From positions 323,669 through 387,668 of the forward strand of contig NIVC01000572.1 in the NCBI GenBank assembly GCA_002269645.1: a stretch of DNA of 64,000 nt, in the 5' to 3' direction. Below are positions 51,996 to 64,000 of this stretch, in pieces. The DNA is from Macrostomum lignano. Taxonomy: Eukaryota. The notes below the pieces were generated by a model. That model was given only the letters and a program-made list of their open reading frames with translations. It made no database searches and was not told where the DNA came from. Both the position numbers and the translations under genes were made by a program. Position 1 is the first letter of the stretch. Each line of letters opens with the position of its first letter.

Positions 51996-54238
51996 CTGTG
52001 CAAAAGTTTAAACAAAAACAGCTTATTGCAATATTAGCGTCAGATGCGCACAGAACAGCAGTAAAATAGCAATTTTTTAACATTGGCTGGTTAGCTGCCT
52101 AAAAAGCGTTAATTAATACTTTGTCGATCCAAGTCAGGGCGATAGATACGAATAAAAGATATATATTTATTCGCAATAAAATGAGGCGCCTAAAATTTTT
52201 AGCACAGCAGACGCAAGCTACCTTCCCTCGCTTTGACTCTGTGTATTTTTTGTTGTTTCTGCCCTTTGTGTACTACTACCAGTATGCTTTACACATATTT
52301 AACTAACTCGCGGTCTGCATTGTTGCCTTCCGAAAATGCTCATTTTAAGTCACGGGTTTCTTTAATTTTTATACACAGCATCCACACCTTTTCAAGTTCA
52401 ATTTGGCTTATATCATTTACGTTTAAGCCAACTTATTTCAGTTTTCTTTAAAAAATACACTGCTGTCCAACAGCCTTCTGACCCAGAAAAATGTATAGAC
52501 GATTGATTTTTCTCAAACCGCACTCTGCTGATTATACGAGCAATATTGCATAGGTCGTGTAAACGCATCCCAAGTCTTATGCTGACACAGCTGAATAAAC
52601 AGGAAATTTAATACTCATTTCAGCTACTGAAAAATATACGCACTAACTACTGAAAACTAGCTGAAATCACCGCTTCTGGGAATGCTTGCCATAGCTTGCC
52701 GTTATCTATGGTTTGACTGGGTGCTATACTGAGTGGCCTATCTAGTGTATATAAGATCGATGGTCTGGGCTGGCCAAATCCAAGTCTGGGCTTGCTTTTC
52801 AAGGCCGGACTACCCTAGACTCAGCTTTCTACATACGGCCATTGGTGTTAAAACAAAATTGCATGTGTAATGAGCAGCTCAGCCGCTGATTAGAGCACAT
52901 CAAAAGCTAAGCGACTATGTTGATTGTAATATTTCCAGAAATTCTGTGCATCAATTAGGGTTGGATTTACAACAAACGGAACGGTTTAAGATCCGTTTAG
53001 AACTTTCTGATTCGTACGACTTGCTTGCATTTTTAAAAAGATTCTGTTTAAATAAAACCCTAAAATAAACCGACCGATGGTAAACACCAACGCTAACATT
53101 TATGATTATGCAATTAGACCTAGGTATTATTTGCACGCTCTTCCATGTTAAGTAAAACTGATAGCAAGAGCAAATTTATCTATACTCGTCAAAGTTAATA
53201 GAGGTTATTTCGCTTCGTTTTACTTTTTTCAGCAACAATAACAGATAATACAGAATGGTCTTCAGTTATCTAAAATGATAAATTGAAAATTCGTACTTAT
53301 TAAAAAAATAAATGACTGAGAGTCATAAGCTTTACTTACCCGTTAAAGATTCAACCAAAAGTACATAATTAGTAATAGGGAAGGCGCCAAAGTCACTCAA
53401 ATAGTATATATTCTTCTTTCTGTTTACGGCAGTCTAAAATTCAATTTATATTAACATATACCCTGTGGGGAATTTCAGTGCGCCCAACAGTTCGCCGACG
53501 GCGGCGCCCCACTGGGGGCGACTGTGCGCCAAAGCGTACTGCTGGGTCTACGCCGCGCCGGCGCCCCGAGGGGTCCGGGGCGCAAGGTAGATTTTTTTCT
53601 GAAAAAATATGCTATTTACCTACTGTTAGTAGTATGTTAAGAGCATGCTGCAACAGAATCTTTTAAAGGAGGATTTTTTTCCAGCTTTGCGACCCTGCAG
53701 CTACTGGGCCAGTAGGCCTTGTATACTGCTAGGCATTGCACCAAATGCACTTTGTTTTTGTTGTAACTTCGTCCTGTTCTTGCTCGTTGTCATTTGAGAC
53801 AATTTGAGACGCACTAATTTGAAGAAAAAAATCGTATATATCAATTTATGCGTAATATATATATATAGAAATTTTCATTTCATTTTTACTTTAAGTAGCA
53901 TATATTATATTGCAACTGTTTTCATAGATCTTGAGCGACAATATATTGACAATATACAAAATAAAATACTATATTATTATTTCTACACTTTGGAGTTACA
54001 ATTATAACAATTTGCAAAAACAGTAAAACATTTACAGGAATTCGTAATCGAGTAACAGAAATATGAAATAACAGTAGAGTAATCCGAAGGGCAAAATACA
54101 GAATAGGTAAATGAAAATGAATAAACATGCAAGACAGCGAACATGGGACAAAGTTAAAATAATAATACACTGAGTCGAGTAATAATGGAGGAAAATCCAA
54201 AGACGGTTTTGATTGATTGGTTCTTCGCCTAAGGCGCC

Positions 54239-57200
54239 TTAGTCAGACGATGTACATGTATCTGGCTCATCTTCGGAAGACGAGATTCGCGGATGACGGG
54301 CTGCGCCATCTGTCTTTCGCCTTTTGTGGCTTCTGCTTGTTGATGAAGCAGAGGCGGCAGCAGGTGGCAGCCGTGGCGTTGACGACTGTGTCGCCCTGAC
54401 TGCAGAGGAAACTGCAGCAGCCTGCAGCCGCCGCCTTGGTGGCGGCAGAGGCGCAGCAGCAGCGGTGGTGGCGGCAACAGCATTCGGCGGCTGGGGGGCG
54501 GGGTGCGCTGGAGCCGTTTTTCGCCGATGGGATCGCTTTGACGCTCGGTCGTTCCCGCGCTTAAGCATGTCAATTACCGCATTCTTCACATCATCAAATT
54601 TTGGCCGTCCGTGGTCTTCAGACAGGCCGTATATGACAGTGATGGCATCTGTGGAAATTAAAGTTTGGGGGAACCTCGAATTGTCTAATTTGTATAGGTC
54701 TACAGGACATAAATGTATACTTCTACTTGATAATTCACCGTGAAGAAAGTACGAGTACAATGACCGGATGAGCGAATTAAAAGACATTCGCGATGACTAA
54801 TGTCAGCTAATGTGTTTACGTATTATAAGTGGCATAGGCTGCAGCATTTTACTTAGCTTGTAAGTCTTTACGAGTAAGTCTTCGTTCCTAGGTACTTTGA
54901 AATAAAACTCTTTTTTATTCGTTTCTTTTAATCTCTTTTAATATAAATTTCTCCCTCTCTCTTTTTGTACATGATGACAGGGATGACGGGTATGAAGACA
55001 GGCGGAAATGAAGGAAGAGACAACACCATTCTTACCTTGAAATCTCGGACAAAAGACACTCTGAAATGCCATCTGGCTTTCCGTTAGGACCGTCTCTACT
55101 CCGGCGCCTCGGGCTCTGTCTGGCAAATGTTGGCCATTGTAATTTACAACTGCCTGAATTTGGTCAGAGAGGGTGCAATCCAGCATCGCCCTGAGTGTCT
55201 GCTGCCATGACTCCCGCCGACAGAGTCGCAGTAGAAGCCTCTGGAGTGAATAATTGCGAATAATACTTTGTGAAGGAGTAAAGAATTATATTGCGAATGA
55301 ATCGGAATGATTGATCAATCATAATACTTTAGGACTGTGAAAAAAGATAAAACATTAATTCCTTAATTCTATACTATTGTAAAGAGCGACTTGGAATTTA
55401 TTGGTATGGGAAACTAAGCTTATACTTATTGCTTTTCCCTGTACTGAATTGTATAATTCTTCACTTCTATTAACAAAATTGACAATGTATACTACTACAA
55501 GTACTTCATTCCAAGTTCATCCAAAACGATACTATCAAAGAAGACATAAATTGAAAACTTACCAGCGATGTCAAATGCTCTGCGGGCATCTCGACTACAA
55601 AGTCGACATATTGCTGCCAACTTGAAATGGGCCAGAAGTTGGTCTCCGGCGCAGCCTGTGGGTCCAATGCTGCAGTGAGCCGCATCACTTCTGCCCGCAA
55701 ACCCGTCAATTCATTAATTAAACGATTAATTAATGCCTCCTGGTGGACATGTCGCACCTCGGACTCGCGCAACACGGTCAGCAGAACGAACAGCAGGCCC
55801 TGACTGCTGTCAATACGATCAGGAATTGCCCGCTGAAATTGGTCTCGCAGTGATCGTATCGCATAGGGCCACTGACAGCGGTCTCCAGCTGACTCAATGA
55901 AAACTTCCGAGGTTGCAGCAGCGGAAGTGATGGCAGCGGAGGAGGTGATAGCAGCGGCGGAGGTGATGGCAGCGGTCGAGGTGATGACAGCGGCAGACGT
56001 GATGGTACCGGCCTTCGGCACAGTGGAATCATCCACTCGATGCAAGCGCCTCGGTCGAGGCGTTGGTGGCTGGAATGGTAGTGATCCTTTGTGTGATCAA
56101 ACGAAAATTGGCCTTATTTGATGGCGGTGTGAATGAGCCTTTAATATGGCGCCCCTCAGATGAAAAAATAACAACATAACAAATAGACGTACTGGCTCAT
56201 CCATTGCCATCGTCGCGTCTTCGGGCTCCTCTTCGATGTCCTCTGGCTAAATAAGACGGGGTAAGTGAGTGGTGGTGTTGGATTGATTAGGTAAATTTAC
56301 CCTCTCCGATCATCTCGATTCTCTACCCTCTACATATGATCATTTGTCCACCCTTTATGACCTCTCTCTACCTCTCTCTCCATGATATGATTGACCAAGA
56401 GGAGACTAAGAGGAGTGAAAATTAGTTAAGGAGTGACACCAGCTGAGTAAGTTAGAAAAGACTAATAAACTTACTGACTGATTCACCGACTGCGTCGCGT
56501 TCTCAGAGTGATTCCCAGGGACAGGGTGGTCAATGAGTCGCAGAGGTGGTGGCGCCGAATCCGCATCGTCCTCCCCCACTTCGTGGTCCTCTGGCTGAAT
56601 CAGACGGCAGACAGGGGTGATTAAGATTTGGATTAAATGCAGCTTGTTTCGAAAATGTGACGGAAGGACTGACTGACTGCAGGAGTGACATTTTAGTGAC
56701 AGAAGGAGTGACACAGGGTGAAGGAGTGTGTGTGGTTAAAAAATGAAAAACTTACTGGCTCATTCACCGTCTCAACCTCGTTGGGTGGCGACATTGGAAG
56801 CAATTGGGCGGCTGTGTGTGCCACGTCAGCTAATTTAAATGTAGCATTCCCTTCGGCTTCGCTCACAGCCTGAGCCTCAAAAAAGGCTTCGGTGTCTGAT
56901 GCGGAGCCTGTTTCAATATCCTGTGGAACGAAATGACGAATACTTGTTGCGAATAATGTGTGTTTGTCTTTTGTAGCGGATTTAAACATTTGCTCGCCCA
57001 ATACACAGTTATATACTATAGATTGTAGAGTCATATAGACTATAGGACATAAGTTAATGAGAACTGTACTCCGTACTGCCGAACACTATACTGAGAATAG
57101 AATCCCGAATGTTGGCCCGTTGAACGTTTACCTGCGTTTGATAAGTGCGTCTTGCTACTCTGGCGTCGGCTTCAGTGAAAACTCTTGGTTGCAGCTTTTC

Positions 57201-57679
57201 GAGGATCAGGCCGAGTCGTTGCTTTTTCGCCACGAGTTTCCGGATATAGCGGATGCTAATCGACTCGTCTGACAGAATAACCTTTCGGGGAAGTCGTGAA
57301 GGTGACGTAGTTATATAAATCAAATGTAAGTGTGAACTGTCAGTGCAGATTTTATTTAGTCCATTCTAATCCATTCTATTTTGTTTATCTTTCTTTATAG
57401 AAATGGCACGTCACATATCGGTGGACAGTCCCATTATAAAGACAAGGGTCATTAAAGGTCAAGCCAAAGAATCACATTTATAACATAACTTACTTGCAAA
57501 ATCACTGCCGTGTAGGAGCGCCCTTCGTAAGTCACGCTGCAGCTCCACATATCCGTGGACTGCCTGTGATTGAGCCATTCGACCTCCGTTAGCGAAGCTA
57601 AATGTGCAGGCAGCTGTATGCTTTCACAATCGACCTCAATTACTTGTCTATCTTCTCTAAAGATAATCACAAACTTCAT
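54239..57679 (-). CDS. Accessory (TnpA-like, DUF4806/BEN-like C-terminus) gene of the EnSpm element; exons 57494-57679, 57132-57281, 56756-56920, 56487-56594, 56193-56246, 55563-56069, ~55100-55240, 54239-~54796
   Basis: The first six exons all have GT/AG ends, lengths divisible by 3 and open frames. C-terminal WPISSWQQY...LRAMLDCTLSDQIQAVVNYNG...F pattern. The last junction is uncertain. Confidence 0.7.
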
Positions 57680-57962
57680 GGTTCGGAATAATCAGATATC
57701 GGTTTAGCAGAGTGGCATGGGTTCAGCGCCACATGAAGGGCACAATTGAATTGTATATAAAATTCTTCATCGCCCACCCCCTTTCCATTGACTCCTCTGA
57801 GCCAATAGGATTCTTCGGAGAGAATTCTTTAGCAGAACCCCACACTCACCCGGGTCCTCCTATTAGAGGTGCCCGAATGAAACTCGACCTTCGATAAAAA
57901 TTAATTCTGTAAATTCAGTAAATTCAATAATTAATAATTAAAGTAAATTCATTCCATAAACA

Positions 57963-60241
57963 ATGAAAATCAGCAAAGCTAAAAGCACAAGAAAAACAGC
58001 AGACAGAAACCTTAGACATCTACTTCAAAACCCCAGACATCAGGGTAGCCTACTTTCGAGCCAAGAGCCAATTGGAGTTTCCGACACAAGAAGCGGACTC
58101 GGAAGCGAAGGAGGTGCTGCATCAATTGAGGGGCCACACTGCTGTGAGTAGTTTACGTCCGTTCACACTGACTGTGATGGTTATCACTCGCCCCTATTTC
58201 CGTTTTAGCTTCTTGGGGCTACACACTCGCTTTCACAATTCTGATCTCTCTACCCTCTATGACCTCTTTCTACCCTCTCTTATCCCTTTCTACCCTCTAT
58301 GTATGATCATATCGCTACCATCTATATGATTTCTCTATCTACCACTCTGCCACTCTATTCACTCTCACTTACGTCAATATTTCATAAATATACTTTTCGA
58401 CAGGTGGACTTTCTGATGACCACGTTGAAACATATGGAGAACTTGAGTCCGTCTGCAGTGAGTCCAGTGAAGAAGCGGAGGAGGACAGCGCGACGAATGC
58501 CGGTGTGGTGGCGGACAATCGCCCACTCGAAGAGCAATTGGAGGATGTATTCGTTTTATTGAGGACCGTACACGGGGCTTCTCGAAGAGCGGTCGAATTT
58601 CTTATTCGTGAACTGCACCGCCTACGATTGATTGCGCCTATGTCGGTCAGCCGCATTGAAACCATCATTAAAAGGACGGAACCCCTGACTGAGCTGCTGC
58701 CCATGGGCGCAGGGAAGTTCCGCTACGTGTCAGTTCTGAACAATCTACAGGAACTGCATAAAAGAGATTTGCTGCAGCTGAAACCAGAACGTCTTCGACT
58801 CGAAGGAGACAATAGGGTTTACGAGTTCACTGGTGTCGTAAATTGCGACGGCCTTCCGCTATACAACTCCAGCTCCTTTGGAATGTGGCCAATTCTCATG
58901 ACGATTCCACAGGCTTTTCCCAAACCGTTCCCGGTGGCGATTTGGGTTGGTGTAGGCAAACCTCCTCTGGAGGATTTTCTGCAAGAGTTCTGTGCCGAAG
59001 TGGAGCAATTTCTCTCCGGGCCCGTCAAAATTGCTGACGCAGTCAGTGTCACTCTGTCCGAGCTGCTTTTTGTTTGTGACACACCAGCACGGTCATTCAT
59101 AATGCGGACATTAGGACACACCTCCTACCACGGTTGCACTTACTGCAGAGCCACGGGTCCGCGCGTGGACAACAGGGTGACCTACTCAACTACAGTAGGG
59201 GAGCGAAGGTGTGGAATACTGTTCCGAACGAAGGCCGAGAACTGTATGGATTACGAGCGAACACACAAGGTGTCGCCCCTTCTTTATCTGCCACGCGTGG
59301 ACTTCGTTACATCGTTCCCCATTGACTACCAGCACGCCGTCTGTCTTGGGGTGGTCCGGAAGCTGATGCACTTCTATTTTCCGGTATCTGCACGACACCG
59401 AGTCAACCATCCGCAGAGACAACTTTCCGACTTTATTGCCGACATTTCCTGCTATACACCTTCGAATTTCCAGAGGAGGCCGCGGCGGATCGACAAAAAC
59501 CTGAGCCACTTTAAGGCTACTGAATTCAGGCAGTTTGTGCTTTACATCGGACCCATCCTATTCAAGAACTTTTTACCTACTAGACTGTATAAGAACTTCC
59601 TTCTGCTGCACTTCGCCATCTACACCTACTCGACGCCGAGACTGTCTCACCGATGGGAACACGCCAAGAGCTGCATCGAGGTTTTCGTTCAGCAGCTGGC
59701 CGAGTATTTTGGCCAAAAGTCAATATCATTCAATGTGCACGTCCTATTGCACTTGCATGACTTTGTCACGCGTCTAGGTAGCCTGAACAGCTTCTCAACG
59801 TTTCCGTTTGAGAATTACCTCGGCATTGTGAAGCGTAAGGTGAAAGTGACTCGCCATGTCGCTTCTCACGCAGTCAAGCAGGTTCTGCAGGTGCGACACG
59901 TGCAAATGATGCGTGGAACGACTATCCTCTCTCCTCCACCGTTAAAATTTACTCCCACGAGAGGCGACAACTGCTGCATTGTGGGACGGCGGTGCATGCT
60001 GATTGAAGCAACGTCTGACAGTGGCACAGTGACTGGAAAGGTACTACGTCCAGTAGAAGATCTGTACTCCTATCCCTACAGCTCTTTGACATTGGAGATT
60101 GGATTGTACCGCCTCACACCGGAAGATATCTCCGGCAAGCCCGAAAGGAAGTGCTGGTGCATTCCGAAGCAGCCAGACGCTGCGCGTGCCTGCCAGGTGT
60201 TCTATGTTGTGCCACTGACGGGTGAGGACATGGAAAACTAA
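57963..60241 (+). CDS. EnSpm/CACTA (CMC superfamily) transposase, 672 aa; exons 57963-58143, 58404-60241
   Basis: Phase-1 junction t|gtgagt..cgacag|gt; 2019 nt open. Motifs VNCDGLPLYNSS...WPI, CDTPARSF...GHTSYHGCTYC, IDYQHAVCLGV, FKATEFRQFVLY, FNVHVLLHL and STFPFENYLG. Confidence 0.9.
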
Positions 60242-61562
60242 GTGGATGCATGAATAAACAATTTTTTAACTTTGTTCCTGAATGAAACTTTTACTGCTGA
60301 ATGGATGTATTGTGATTTTATCTATTTTGCTCAAGAAAGTCTGCTCTTTGAAATGAATTTAGTTTGAAACACTGTCGGACCTTGCTCCAAATCCGTTAAG
60401 AATTAATATACTTTTGTGTATCATAACTTTTTTAAGTCACATATTTTCGTTTTTATCACCAAGTTTCTACCTAAGAAACTGCCAAGAATTCTAACCAAAG
60501 AACTAACCCGCTTGGAATGCTAGCCCCAAGCATTCCATGATCAATTCGCATCACACCCACGACCCAACCCTCCCCGCTCCGCTACGAGTAAAATGTAGTT
60601 TTGTTTGTGATGAACCATGGCTGATGAACCAGCCATGGAAATCTAGACCTAGAAGTCTATGCATGTCTAGATTCTAGATCTAGATCTAGATTTATATGTC
60701 TAGATAGACATAGCAGCTGCATGCTAAACTTAGAATCCAATGAACCAGCCCACACCCTCTGGTGCTCTCTATCTCTATACTGTGGGTGTTCTTCAATGTG
60801 TTGTACAATTTTGAAGCAAGATCGGTGTCTATAATTTTTTATTCCTTCCTTTAGTGTCGAACAAATGAACAAAAGCTTGGCTTTGATAAATAGAGAAAAA
60901 CAGTGGTCCTTTCCTCAAAAGTGGGCGAATTCTTTTCTATACAATTCTTGCTATGCAATCTTCTATTATTTTCAAGGGGATCATTTTTGAAAGCCTCTTT
61001 CAGACATTTGCAGGCTTTGTCTAGGAGCCATATGGTCTGTGACAAACAAAGCAAGGAATCCACTAGGAAATAAGACCCGCATAAAAATTTAAGGGAGTTG
61101 TCTCCTTACCATTTCACCCCGAGGAATCTGTCCTGTATGTCACAGTTGTTTATAAGTTTGCTTGCGGTAAAATCTTGGAATAAAAAGAACCGTAAAAATC
61201 CATGCATTTCTCCATAACTTCTCTTTCCTGTTTGCCCATTCATTTTAGTATGATACCCTCATCATTGTCATGTCCCCTTCAATACTCGTATTTTTTTCAT
61301 ACCCGTATTCGAATCCCTTTGAATCTTTGCGAAGCGGGGCCCGCTTCAAAATAAATGGCCGATGTGGCCTGGCATGAACCCCAGACCAATGATATATTTT
61401 TCTGCACTATTTTTTAGTGTTTTTGTTTTGTCATGTTTTGTCATGTTAATGTTTTCAGCCCGTAACTTTGTAATAAAGCTTATTCATTTTGGCTCTCCCG
61501 GAATTTATATGGGTGCCATTGGCACTCATTTTGGCTAAATGAATTACAAACTACTATAAACA

Positions 61563-61706
61563 ATAAAGTGTCAATGCAGAAAAGTTTTTTATTTCTTCAT
61601 AGATTCCAGCGATTCATGTCTCATTCTCTAGAAGACATCTTTATCTGTACAATGAGACTTTAACTTTTGAAATCCGTCAAGTAAAAAACTTTTTGCATTG
61701 ACACTT
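61563..61706. repeat. Short inverted-repeat pair (possible MITE remnant)
   Basis: aaagtgtcaatgcagaaaagttttt (~61565) vs aaaaactttttgcattgacacttt (~61684). Confidence 0.5.
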
Positions 61707-64000
61707 TTCGATGTCGCTTTGTAGAAACTGTTTTTTTTCAATACGTCAAACTAATTTGCTCCTAACTTAAACACTGCGGCTTTGAATCCTGTCACCTTCA
61801 AGTGAGATGTGAGTAATTTATTCAGCTTTCCAAAGAGACCAGATTTAAGAAAATCGGATTTGCCAATTTTAACTTATTGAGCCTTATGTGAAGGCTCTAC
61901 ATTCTCGCTGCCCATCTGCTGTGTGTAAATGTGGAAATTCAACCGGCCTGACTTGGTCCGAAAAAGAGGAAAAAAAGAGGGAGTGTCACTTCCAGTTCCA
62001 GGTCTCTAGTATTCCTTGGCCAGTCAGAGCTCCATGGGCCAGCCATCTGGCAGTCAAAAATATTCATGGTTTATCCCTCCTAAGAAATATACTGGCATGT
62101 TGGCTGTCTTTTTCGTACTGTGTTCCTTTGTTCGCGCTTCCTCGATCAGTTCATACCCCTCTCTCTCACCAACCGCAGTGAGGCCATAGCGAACAGAGTA
62201 TACGTTCATATGAGTAAGCGAGTGATTGAAAATGGACTAGGAAAAATGGGAGCAAAAAACTTGCGCCTTCTCTGAGTAGGTTCAGTCAAGGACTTCTAAA
62301 CATAGCACCTGGACTGGAAGCATGCAAGGAGGCACCCTGCTCCTTGCTATGCTATGTTTAGAAGTCCTTGTTCAGTGTTCCAAAAATGGACTTGGAGCCG
62401 GAGGCCCTTCCACTCTCCCGCAGAATAAAACTAGGCATGCTCTGTGTTCTGAGCTGGCTTGTTCACACACACTTGAACGCACACACATATGTACACCCCT
62501 TCATCGTCTTTCTTTTATTCCTATCTCTTAAAATATCCACGGAAATGTACTGATTATAACAGAAATCTCAATATGCTGCGCGAGCAGTTTCATATCTCCA
62601 GACAAAATAGTCCACTCACACCCCGTGTACAATGAGTAATTTTAGAGAGGTTTGAAAGTAAGGAAAATGGTAACCTCTGCACGGTTTGACCATGCACAAA
62701 CCAAGGAATAATACTAGACTCAGACTGCGCGTGTATGGTGAAAAATAGGCGCTTTTTTCCCCAATAGGAAATGGCACCCCTGTAGAGCACACCAAGGTGA
62801 AGACAGACAGGTGGAGCATTAGTTGAGTTGGCGTTTCAATTTCTCGAAACTTCAGTTCCCGAAAGACAGTGCAAGTGCTGGTGCAAGCTTTCGTCAAAGT
62901 GAAGTTTCGAGACAGTGAAATCACAATAAAGTGAAAGAAAGTGCTGCCCTGTGCTGCACTTTCGGAGAAGTGAGTTTCGAAGTGAAAGTAATGACAACTT
63001 TTACGGCTCTCGATTTTCGACACGAGCATCAAATAAATTAAAAACTCAAGACAGTCCTTTCAGAACCAGAACAAGATTCGAATTTCCTAACAAGCTGCTC
63101 AAACTTAATGTTTGGATTGATTAGCTGTTCTGGAATTTAGCTGTGCCACACTGCGCATGTCTGACTTGTCCCTGAACTCTTCACTGCAAAAAATATGTAG
63201 CCAAAAATGTGGCCGATTGGGGGCCGAAATAGGGACACTTCCGGCACCTGGAAGTGGCCGAAAGTAAAGTGACTGAAAATATTCAATATTCGATACCGAG
63301 CCAGCAGGTACGTTTTGTTCGACTTTCGAGTGTGGTGGACGACTTTAGTCCACTTGGAGTGGCCAATTATGAAAAATGTGCTTTTCCGAAAATTACATTT
63401 TGTCATCAGGTCCGATGTCCAATCGATTATTAGCTTCGTTACGTTCGGCCACTAGTGGCCAGAAGGTGCCCGAAATCGGGACACTTTCGGCCTATGCGGT
63501 GAGCAGGCATTTAGTGAAATGCATGAATAAGGTTGCTCTTCATGTAAATAAGAATGAAAAACCTGCAAAATATCTTTCACACACAGAAGACCCGGGAGTG
63601 GCAGCATGTTAGGTCGATCAGCAATAATTGTACTAAGTTTCTTGTGAGCTAATGGAACTTAATTTATGCAAGCATTTGCCTTTTCGCACCTCATGCACTT
63701 CACATAGGCAAATTTAAATAGCAAACGACGCAGATTTCATGTTTAATTGTAAACATTTTTACCTACTGGCATGCAGGAAATACAAAAATACAACAATAAG
63801 GCCCATTTAAGAAGGGAGCGGAAAGCCCGGACCAAAATTATCGATCGTGTGGGGGTGGGCTCTGGGTGCCATTTTTCTCTTTTCACCCTACATGTGCAGT
63901 CTGGTATTATTTCTTGGTCTGTGGCTGCCTCCTGCCTCTGACAGAGAAGCCTTTGTTCGCAACCCAACCCCCCAAACCCTCATGCTTTAGACTGGTTTTT

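Larger units (their letters stand above)
54200..60300. mobile_element. Putative autonomous EnSpm/CACTA-type DNA transposon (termini not resolved)
   Basis: Divergent pair of a transposase and a multi-exon accessory gene, both intact; I could not identify TIRs or a TSD. Confidence 0.75.

Noticed and set aside
25722-52083. Reading the array as a repeated three-gene cassette of separate intronless ORFs
   Set aside because: Conserved splice donors and acceptors with matching phases join them into single four-exon genes.
60657-61063. Short minus-strand ORFs as the missing upstream part of P0
   Set aside because: None of the array's diagnostic motifs (NEG, RRxDSDI, GLxDT, SPWLW) is present.
62616-63612. 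Possible LINE remnant and degenerate inverted repeats
   Set aside because: Similarity too weak to support by eye.

Overview
Eukaryotic (animal) genomic DNA with spliceosomal GT-AG introns. The style (GC-rich exons, introns packed with unrelated minisatellites) resembles a free-living flatworm such as Macrostomum; this assignment is inference only. 0-6 kb: a nest of dead DNA transposons (foldback/MITEs, a Tc1 pseudogene hit by a hAT MITE, a spliced hAT pseudogene, a tRNA-derived SINE). 6-10 kb: two tandem two-exon cyclophilins sharing a near-identical 224-nt tract; the second, probably mitochondrial, has no ATG after its splice acceptor. 11.7-13.6 kb: a type II membrane GT-A glycosyltransferase. 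16.6-20.1 kb: a putative 4-TM MS4A/CD20-like gene on the minus strand. 25.7-52 kb (minus strand), the main discovery: ORFs that look separate in the track splice together (intron phases 0,0,1, checked in three copies) into a tandem array of highly diverged ~1100-1200 aa paralogs. Each has two homologous TPR-like helical modules plus a conserved ~125-aa C-terminal domain I cannot assign. There are three full copies (one interrupted by a hAT element with an 8-bp TSD), one single-module copy and one orphan last exon. A 3.4-kb 23-bp satellite with higher-order duplications lies inside the array. 54.2-60.2 kb: an apparently intact EnSpm/CACTA (CMC)-type transposon with a 2-exon transposase and a divergent 8-exon accessory gene.
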